64,000 bases of DNA from Leptospira biflexa (lineage in GTDB: Bacteria; Spirochaetota; Leptospiria; Turneriellales; DYLW01): positions 9,809 through 73,808 of the forward strand of contig DYOA01000005.1 of assembly GCA_020720785.1 (NCBI GenBank). The letters run 5' to 3'. The first letter of the stretch is position 1. Every line of letters begins with the position of its first letter. Made by a program: the position numbers and the translations under genes. Below, in pieces: positions 40,556 through 47,728 of the stretch. The notes beneath the pieces were generated by a model. The model was given only the letters and a program-made list of their open reading frames with translations. It made no database searches and was not told the DNA's origin.

Positions 40556-41122
40556 ATGGAAAAGCAAAATGTAAAACAACCATTTTTTCAGAAATTCAGT
40601 GAGAATCCAAAACCTTATATGAACCCGTATACAGCGGGGGTTATTGTGGGCTTTATTCTCTTCTTATCGTTCATACTCATCGGCAAAGGCCTGGGAGCAT
40701 CCGGGGCCATCACCCGGTCCGTGCTCACCTTCATCTCACTGTTTGTGCCGGATCATGCGGCAGCGGCTCCTTATTACCAGAAGTATCTGGGGAGCACCAC
40801 CCATTCCCTTTATGACTGGCTGGTGTTCATGTTCATTGGTTCCGCTGTGGGTGGATTTGTCTCCGGTATGATGAACAGACGGATGAAAGTGGAAATTTTT
40901 AAGGGAGAACAAATCTCCAATAAAAAGCGCCTGTATCTGGCTTTTCTGGGTGGTTTCATTACTTTCATTGGTGCCAGACTCGCGGAGGGTTGTACCAGCG
41001 GTCACGGACTCACCGGCGGTGCCATGCTGGGAGTTGCCGGTTGGATTTTTTTAATGGGGGTTTTTGCCTCCGGTTTTATTACTGCGTTTTTCATCAGAAA
41101 AACCTGGATATCAAAGGAGTAA
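40556..41122 (+). CDS. YeeE/YedE-family sulfur-transport membrane protein, half-size (part 1)
   Basis: 188 aa with 4-5 TM segments. It has the conserved loop LAEGCTSGHGLTGG, typical of the sulfur transport domain. Confidence 0.75.
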   Translation: MEKQNVKQPFFQKFSENPKPYMNPYTAGVIVGFILFLSFILIGKGLGASGAITRSVLTFISLFVPDHAAAAPYYQKYLGSTTHSLYDWLVFMFIGSAVGGFVSGMMNRRMKVEIFKGEQISNKKRLYLAFLGGFITFIGARLAEGCTSGHGLTGGAMLGVAGWIFLMGVFASGFITAFFIRKTWISKE

Positions 41123-41125
41123 ACC

Positions 41126-41731
41126 ATGGATGCACCACTGTTTAAATATGGAGTACTGGGAGATCCCGGACTTGTGTTCTGGGGTCTGATAATTGGATTT
41201 ATTTTTGGCTATTTTCTGGAAAGCGGTGGATTTGGAAATTCCATCAAGATTGCCGGAGTTTTTGTGGGGGAAGACTGGCGGGTGTTCAAAATGATGTTCA
41301 CCATCATCATTACCGCTATGATACTCACATTCGGCTCTTTTTATCTGGGAGTGATTGACATATCCGTGGTTCAGCTTGCCAGCGTGAACCTTTGGCCTCT
41401 GCTTGTGGGAAGTCTCATCTTTGGGGTGGGTATGTCCATTGGTGGTTATTGCCCAGGAACATCCGTTGTTTCTGTGGTCACCCGGAAACTGGACGGATTA
41501 GCTTTCCTTCTGGGCGGGCTGGTTGCCATTTTCTTTTATGCGGAAACATTCCCTCTTTTTGAAGGCTTTACTAAAAGCGGTAATTTGGGGGCCATCATGC
41601 TTCCCGACGTTTTTGGTGGGAGCTATGCCCTCTGGGTTTTTATAATCACTGTGCTGGGTCTGCTTGCACTGGTCTTTATTGATAAGGCAACTGGCAAGCT
41701 CTATGCCTGGGATAAAAAGAAAGGAGAATGA
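41126..41731 (+). CDS. YeeE/YedE-family sulfur-transport membrane protein, half-size (part 2)
   Basis: 201 aa, polytopic, with the loop GMSIGGYCPGTS. It starts 3 nt after part 1. Confidence 0.75.
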   Translation: MDAPLFKYGVLGDPGLVFWGLIIGFIFGYFLESGGFGNSIKIAGVFVGEDWRVFKMMFTIIITAMILTFGSFYLGVIDISVVQLASVNLWPLLVGSLIFGVGMSIGGYCPGTSVVSVVTRKLDGLAFLLGGLVAIFFYAETFPLFEGFTKSGNLGAIMLPDVFGGSYALWVFIITVLGLLALVFIDKATGKLYAWDKKKGE

Positions 41732-41732
41732 A

Positions 41733-42374
41733 ATGAACATTTTAGCAGAATTAAAGAAAGACAAGGTTCAGTTCCTGTTCACTCTTCTGGCTCTGAACGC
41801 TGCCGTAATTTTACTGGTGGTCAGCTTTTTTTCCGGCAACAAAGCCTTTGCCGTGCCGGATTTAAAAATGTATGAAAATGAATTAAACCAGACTGCCGTT
41901 TCCTCCGATGATCTGGCGTCTCGCCTGGAAAGAGGGGAGAGATCCTTTCTTCTCACTCAGGTGATGAGTGAAGAAGATTATGCTTATGCAAAACCCATAA
42001 AAAGCGGTTTTTTCTTGGATGCAGCGGATCTGGCCGATGGAAGATCGTTCAGAAAATCCTTGCCGTTTATTTCGGTGCCACTCATCGTCATGGGAAAGAA
42101 TACCCAGGAAAGCTTGGAGTATGCAAAACTCCTGAAATACTATGGCTACCAGAATGTGCGGTACGTAACCGGTGGTTATGAAGAATTTGTGAAAGATATT
42201 CTGACCCGTCCGGAGGATTTGGCCGTGGGAACACAGGATGAAAAAAAGGCTCATGACCGCAAAATGTCCCGGTATTATTACTTTATGGGCGGAGACCCTA
42301 ATCTGGGTGCAGAAACCAAAGCAGCCCCGGCATCATCCGGTGGCGGTGGTATTGCTGCGGCAGAAGGATGCTAA
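41733..42374 (+). CDS. Membrane-anchored rhodanese-homology protein lacking the active-site Cys, with a Gly/Ala-rich tail ending in Cys
   Basis: I placed the start at the ATG at 41733 (AAAGGAGA upstream); the ORF-track extension to 41664 lies inside the preceding gene. It has an N-terminal TM helix. The rhodanese-like core is SSDDLASRLERGE..., then PLIVMGKNTQESLEYAKLLKYYGYQNVRYVTGGYEEF. The C-terminus is SSGGGGIAAAEGC. Confidence 0.6.
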   Translation: MNILAELKKDKVQFLFTLLALNAAVILLVVSFFSGNKAFAVPDLKMYENELNQTAVSSDDLASRLERGERSFLLTQVMSEEDYAYAKPIKSGFFLDAADLADGRSFRKSLPFISVPLIVMGKNTQESLEYAKLLKYYGYQNVRYVTGGYEEFVKDILTRPEDLAVGTQDEKKAHDRKMSRYYYFMGGDPNLGAETKAAPASSGGGGIAAAEGC

Positions 42375-42384
42375 GGAGAAGTTA

Positions 42385-43374
42385 ATGAAAAAGAATGCAA
42401 AATATATCAAATTTTTTCTGTCTCTGGCCCTTGCGGCCGGCATTGGCGGGGCGGTCATTATCCCCCGGCAAACAATGAATGCTGTATCTGCGGAACAGAC
42501 GGAAAAGGTATACACAGAAGTTCATGGAGAAAGAGACTTACCTTATCTGGTGAATAATATCCATAAACTGGTAAAACCATATAATTACATCATTGGGAAA
42601 ACAAAATACCTGTGGATTGAGATTCTGGGATATCTCTTAACCCTGGGAGTTTTTGCCGGGGTAATGGGACACGCTCTCCTGAGGGTTTTCTTCAATTACA
42701 AAAACCAGAAAGCCCAGCCATACCAGTATGTACACACCGGAGAAGATTTTATTTATGATGGGATCATCCGCACCGGCCACTGGCTGAATGCACTGTTTAT
42801 CATCACGCTAATCATTACAGGTTTTGCGATGCACTATTCAGGCCCCAGCCATGTTCTGGGCTATCTCCATAATATGACAGGAATCAGCCTGACGGTTCTG
42901 TATATTTTCTTTTTAATCCATGCGGTGGTCCGTCTGGATTATAAACAGTATTTCCCTGGCGTAAAGGAAATTCTTTCCGGACAGTTGATTAAGGATTTAA
43001 TAAAAAACGGTATGTTTTACCTGCATGGCATTTTTATGGGCACAAAAAATCCTTTCCACTCATCCCATGAACACAGATTGATGCCCATCCAGAAGGTGTC
43101 CTATATGGCGGCTATGTATATCCAGGTTCCTCTGGTGATTATGACCGGAGTAATTCTGGTGGAGCCCGCTAATCTGCCATTTGTGGTTTCCCTCATTGGA
43201 ATGGAGAACATGAATTTCGTTTTCATTGTCCATCTTCTGGCGGCGTTTACCGTATTCATGTTTTTGATCATTCACTTATATATGATCACAGCCGGGGATA
43301 AAATTGCCCAGCACTTGATGACCATGGTGACAGGATACCATAAAACATACCAGAAAAAAGATGTATCCAAATAA
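42385..43374 (+). CDS. Dihaem cytochrome b membrane subunit (PhsC/FdnI/HydC, Ni_hydr_CYTB-like family)
   Basis: I placed the start at the ATG at 42385 (AAGGAGA upstream). It has the signature IRTGHWLNALFIITLIITGF and further TM histidines (LIHAV, IVHLL..IIHLY). Confidence 0.65.
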   Translation: MKKNAKYIKFFLSLALAAGIGGAVIIPRQTMNAVSAEQTEKVYTEVHGERDLPYLVNNIHKLVKPYNYIIGKTKYLWIEILGYLLTLGVFAGVMGHALLRVFFNYKNQKAQPYQYVHTGEDFIYDGIIRTGHWLNALFIITLIITGFAMHYSGPSHVLGYLHNMTGISLTVLYIFFLIHAVVRLDYKQYFPGVKEILSGQLIKDLIKNGMFYLHGIFMGTKNPFHSSHEHRLMPIQKVSYMAAMYIQVPLVIMTGVILVEPANLPFVVSLIGMENMNFVFIVHLLAAFTVFMFLIIHLYMITAGDKIAQHLMTMVTGYHKTYQKKDVSK

Positions 43375-43388
43375 TTTTTGGTATTGAG

Positions 43389-43868
43389 TTGGATAAAGAA
43401 AAAAAGGAAAACGATCCTCTTTCCAGGAAAGATTTTTTTACTTTGCTTCTCCAATTTTCTTTTTCCCTGGATACATGGCGGGGGGCAGTTCTCCCCGCTT
43501 TTTTTTTGCTCACCGGCATTATCTTTCATCTGTCCAATAAAGCTCACCAGAAAACCGGAACCTCCGGAAAAACCATTGAACTGCCGGAAGATTCCATTCT
43601 GGATGGATTGAATATTTATCCGAAATTTCTGGCATCACGGCAGGATGGAGAGACCATTTTTTTATCCAACCGCTGTACGCATCTGGGGTGTAAAATTCAG
43701 AAAAAAAATAAAGACCATTTTATATGCCATTGCCATGGTTCCCATTTTGATACATGGGGGCGGGTGTCGCAGGGTCCAGCGGATTCCCCGTTACCCCGCC
43801 TGGCATCGGAAAAAATTCATAGAAATGGGCAATCTATTTATAAAATCCACATCCATGAGACATCATGA
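43389..43868 (+). CDS. Rieske [2Fe-2S] protein
   Basis: Box I is CTHLGC, followed by 11 residues and box II CHCHGS. It has an N-terminal TM anchor and an SRKDFF Tat-like segment. Confidence 0.8.
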   Translation: MDKEKKENDPLSRKDFFTLLLQFSFSLDTWRGAVLPAFFLLTGIIFHLSNKAHQKTGTSGKTIELPEDSILDGLNIYPKFLASRQDGETIFLSNRCTHLGCKIQKKNKDHFICHCHGSHFDTWGRVSQGPADSPLPRLASEKIHRNGQSIYKIHIHETS

Positions 43869-44731
43869 AATCGGTTTTTTCCAAGAAATGGAGCGTTTTC
43901 CGCTTTGGGGATTTTTCTTACGCATTTTTCTGGATTGCAGTCCTGTCCGGGGCAATCTTGGCTGTTTTTTACCAGCCACAGACGCCGGAGCTCTCCATTC
44001 AGGAAAATCTGATACAGAATCCTTATTTTTCCCTTTTCCGGGATATGCATTATTTCTCCGCAAATTTTTTTATCATAACCCTGCTCCTGCATTTCTGGGA
44101 TTATTTCCCGTTTATCCAGAAGGATGCCATAAAACCCGGTCGATGGATGACGATGCTTTTTTCTTTATTTCTCTCCTTCTATCTGATGATCTCCGGCTTT
44201 ATTCTGAAGGGGGATCTGGATTCTCTTCTGGCTCTGGATGTATTCCGCGGGCTGATGACCAGACTACCGGTTGCGGGGAAAGACTTATCGGCTTTTTTTA
44301 CGGGGAGCGGTTCCAGCCTTATGGTGGTTTATCTCCAGCACGCTGGAATAGCCACCATTCTTACTCTGGCGATCATCTATGAACACTCCCGGAAGAGATG
44401 GCCTGCCGGGGAAGTATTCATTTATAGTTTTATAGTTACCGGGGTGGCATCGCAGATTTGGAATGCTCCGATAAAAATGCCCTACGATGTTGTGGTAAAA
44501 GGACCCTGGTATTTCGTTGCCTTCCAGGAGGCACTGCACCACATTCCGCAACCCGAATATTTTTTATCTTTGCTGGCGGTTTTGTTTATTATCCTGTATC
44601 TTTACGATTATACCAGGGATAAAACCAGAAAAATTGCGATTGGTTTTTTTCTGTTCTGGTTTATTCTTTATCTGGTGGCGACGGTGATTGGTTTATATTT
44701 CCGGGGGGAGAACTGGAGCTGGGTATTATGA
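43865..44731 (+). CDS. Cytochrome b of a Rieske/cyt b (bc/b6f-type) complex, compact ~8-TM form
   Basis: The haem ligand pairs are H-x13-H (HYFSANFFIITLLLH) and H-x14-H (HAGIATILTLAIIYEH). The Qo-motif position reads GPWYF. It overlaps the Rieske gene by 4 nt. Confidence 0.75.
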   Translation: MKSVFSKKWSVFRFGDFSYAFFWIAVLSGAILAVFYQPQTPELSIQENLIQNPYFSLFRDMHYFSANFFIITLLLHFWDYFPFIQKDAIKPGRWMTMLFSLFLSFYLMISGFILKGDLDSLLALDVFRGLMTRLPVAGKDLSAFFTGSGSSLMVVYLQHAGIATILTLAIIYEHSRKRWPAGEVFIYSFIVTGVASQIWNAPIKMPYDVVVKGPWYFVAFQEALHHIPQPEYFLSLLAVLFIILYLYDYTRDKTRKIAIGFFLFWFILYLVATVIGLYFRGENWSWVL

Positions 44732-46758
44732 ACTGGTGGAAAATAAATATCTCCGGATTAGTTTTTTCTGTTCTGGTGACCGTGTTTCTGGCCGCTCTGG
44801 TGTTTGACACCATCCGGCAGGCAGGTATCATCCGGGAAATTTCTTCTCTTACGGAGAGCGTCCCCGTTATCAATGGCTCCAAAGAAACCTGTCTGTCCTG
44901 CCATTCGGAGATGACCGGCTTCTCTCCGTCCCATGACCCATCGGCCATTGGGTGTTCCTCCTGCCACTTGGGAAACCCCTTCAGTCTGGACAAAGAAGAA
45001 TCCCACAAGGGAATGGTGACTGTCCCTGGCAATCTCCAGAATGCCCATATAACCTGCGGGAAGTGTCATGCAGAAATTGAACATAATATCCACCATTCCA
45101 TGATGGCCACCGGTCGGGGATTGGTGACAGTCAACCAGTATGTGTTCATGGAATCAGAGTCCCCGGACGGAAAGGGACAGGTCCGCCGGAAGTATAAAGA
45201 TTCCAAAAAGGATCTGGCCTCCGGGAAGCAATTCCATCTTTCCCGGCTGGATGAAAAAATCCCATCCGAAAAACACCTCCGCCAGCTCTGTGCCACCTGC
45301 CATCTGAACTATGAAAAAATGGAGCCGGGTCCGGTGGAACAGACGTCACGGGGAGGAGGATGCAATGCCTGTCATATCCGTTATTCCCCGGCAGCACGGG
45401 AGCAGTGGGAAATTTACCAGAATGATAAAACGGAGCTGCCCCAAGTCCATCCGGAGCTGACACAAAACGTGCCCAATGAGCACTGCTTTGGATGCCATTC
45501 CCGCTCCGGACGGATTTCCACCAATTTTGAAGGCTGGCATGAAACCATGGAAAAAACTCTGCCGGATTTGTCCGCCCGGTACCGCAAGCTTCAGGATGGC
45601 CGGATTTTCCGGAAGATGCCGGCGGACATCCACCATGATCTGGGTTTTACCTGTATTGACTGTCACTCCTCCGGAGAGACCATGGGAAACGGAAAAGCAT
45701 ACTGGCATAAGGAAGAACAGCTGGAAGTGGGCTGTGGTGACTGTCACCGGGATGATTGGGAAAACGCATCTTGGATTCCAGCGGGGGATCTTCCGGAGAC
45801 TGACCGTAGAGTGGTGGAGCTACGGGGATTATACCAGAAGGATAGAAAATTCCTGCTCACAGGGAAGAGAAAAGTGCCTCTGACCAATGTGTATCAAGAT
45901 AACGGACGGGTGATTCTGGCCGGGAAGCTGAGCGGGAAAACCTTTGCCCTGCGGGAGAATTCCCGTGCCTGCGTCCACGCCCGGAAAAACCATGAAAATC
46001 TTCGCTGTGAGAGCTGCCATAATTCTTGGGCACCGCAGTGTATTTCCTGCCATACCGGATATTCCAGGGAATCAGCGGCGTATGATCATTTGAAAAGGGG
46101 ACCGGTAAATGGCCGATGGGTGGAGAAAGCCGCACCGGGAAGTTATCTGGCAAAGGCCCCGGTACTGGGGGTTCTGGAAACCTGGAATGGGAAGAAAGAA
46201 ATTTCCACTTTTTCTCCGGGAATGGTGCTCACAATTTCCATACCGGAGGAGATGGAGCATTTTACCACAGGCATACGCAAAGAGAAATATTATCACCCGG
46301 CCAGCGGAAAGTATGAAATTTTCCAGCGGCTCCACGCCCAGGGTTTTTCCCATACCATCCGGAAGGAAACCCGGAGTTGCCAGAGTTGCCATCAATCCTC
46401 CCATGCCCTGGGTTGGGGGGAGGGGGTCATCCAATTCCAAAGTTCTTTGCCGGCAGAAGGGGAATCTCTGGAGGATTTTATCCGCCGGGGTCTTCATTTT
46501 ACCCCGCAATATGAAAAACATCCGGTGGATGGTCTGCCGCAGGATGCCTGGATAGCACCGTGGGAGGATCCCAGGGGGAAAAGAAGCCATTCCACCCGTT
46601 CCAATTTGCGGCCATTTACCCCGGAGGAACAATGGAAAATTCTGGTGCCAGGCACCTGCATGACCTGTCATGATCCCATACGCCAGAAACATCTTTATGA
46701 CAATTTTCCGCAATCCGTTCAGTATTTTCAGAAATGCCGGAAGCTAAAAAAACCTTGA
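44728..46758 (+). CDS. Membrane-anchored multihaem cytochrome c (12 CxxCH motifs)
   Basis: 676 aa with an N-terminal TM helix. The CxxCH motifs are CLSCH, CSSCH, CGKCH, CATCH, CNACH, CFGCH, CIDCH, CGDCH, CESCH, CISCH, CQSCH and CMTCH. Confidence 0.9.
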   Translation: MNWWKINISGLVFSVLVTVFLAALVFDTIRQAGIIREISSLTESVPVINGSKETCLSCHSEMTGFSPSHDPSAIGCSSCHLGNPFSLDKEESHKGMVTVPGNLQNAHITCGKCHAEIEHNIHHSMMATGRGLVTVNQYVFMESESPDGKGQVRRKYKDSKKDLASGKQFHLSRLDEKIPSEKHLRQLCATCHLNYEKMEPGPVEQTSRGGGCNACHIRYSPAAREQWEIYQNDKTELPQVHPELTQNVPNEHCFGCHSRSGRISTNFEGWHETMEKTLPDLSARYRKLQDGRIFRKMPADIHHDLGFTCIDCHSSGETMGNGKAYWHKEEQLEVGCGDCHRDDWENASWIPAGDLPETDRRVVELRGLYQKDRKFLLTGKRKVPLTNVYQDNGRVILAGKLSGKTFALRENSRACVHARKNHENLRCESCHNSWAPQCISCHTGYSRESAAYDHLKRGPVNGRWVEKAAPGSYLAKAPVLGVLETWNGKKEISTFSPGMVLTISIPEEMEHFTTGIRKEKYYHPASGKYEIFQRLHAQGFSHTIRKETRSCQSCHQSSHALGWGEGVIQFQSSLPAEGESLEDFIRRGLHFTPQYEKHPVDGLPQDAWIAPWEDPRGKRSHSTRSNLRPFTPEEQWKILVPGTCMTCHDPIRQKHLYDNFPQSVQYFQKCRKLKKP

Positions 46759-46789
46759 GAGTTTTCCAAACCAGGCCGATGCGTTAAGC

Positions 46790-47713
46790 ATGAAAAGAAT
46801 AATTTTTATCATGATAGCATTATCCATGTTTGTGTATTCCTGTGCCTCCTCTCCGCAGAAGACAGAGAACCCACCGGTGGCGGAAAATCCACAGGCCAGT
46901 GCAAATCCGGATGAGAACTTCTTTCTGGAGAATTCTGGTGATAATCCTGCTACCGACCCATCGGTCAAGGGGGAGGGGACTGCCATGGAAAATTCCGGAT
47001 ACGCAAGCTGGTACGGCAAGGAACTCCAGGGGAAACCAACAGCAAGTGGGGAACTTTTTGATATGAATAAATTTACTGCCGCCCACCGCACCATACCTAT
47101 GAATTCCATTGTTCTGGTGAAAAACAAAGATAATGGAAAGAAACAGCTTGTACGGATCAATGACCGGGGACCGTATGTGGAAGGCCGTATTATAGATGTG
47201 AGCTATGCTGCCGCCAGGGATATGGGATTTGCGGAGAAAGGGGTTGCTCCGGTGGAAATAGAGGTTATCCAGGAAGGCCAGGATGATTTCCTGAGCAAAC
47301 TGGCACCGCCTGCAAGAACGCAGGAATCGGTGGAGGAGACTCCGGTGGAGAATAATGACCAGAAAAAAGAAGATGGCCTGGATCTGGTGGAAGACGACAC
47401 TGCAATGGAAAGCAGTGAGGATGAAGCTGTAACAGAAGCGGATGAGGGCGGATTTACCTTTCCCGATGGCAAAAAACCCAGTGGTTATACCATCCAGACA
47501 GGGGCATTCAAAAAAGAAGTCAATGCAGAGAAATACAGGGAAGAGCTGGAAGACAAGTATGATTTGGATGGATATGTGGGGAAAAAAGGGAAGTTCCATT
47601 ATGTCCTCTTGGGTAATTTTAAAACCAAAGAAAAAGCAAAAGAGTTCTATAAAAAGCTGAGAAAATCCGGAGTGGACGTGGTGTACAAAGGAAAAGTGGA
47701 TTCCGCGAGCTGA
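46790..47713 (+). CDS. rlpA: Septal ring lytic transglycosylase RlpA-family lipoprotein (DPBB plus SPOR domains)
   Basis: The signal and lipobox are SMFVYSC. The DPBB region is ASWYGKELQGKPTASGELFD...RINDRGPYVEGRIIDVS. The SPOR-like C-terminus is YTIQTGAFKKEVNAEKY. Confidence 0.85.
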   Translation: MKRIIFIMIALSMFVYSCASSPQKTENPPVAENPQASANPDENFFLENSGDNPATDPSVKGEGTAMENSGYASWYGKELQGKPTASGELFDMNKFTAAHRTIPMNSIVLVKNKDNGKKQLVRINDRGPYVEGRIIDVSYAAARDMGFAEKGVAPVEIEVIQEGQDDFLSKLAPPARTQESVEETPVENNDQKKEDGLDLVEDDTAMESSEDEAVTEADEGGFTFPDGKKPSGYTIQTGAFKKEVNAEKYREELEDKYDLDGYVGKKGKFHYVLLGNFKTKEKAKEFYKKLRKSGVDVVYKGKVDSAS

Positions 47714-47728
47714 CCCGCCTTCACCGTC

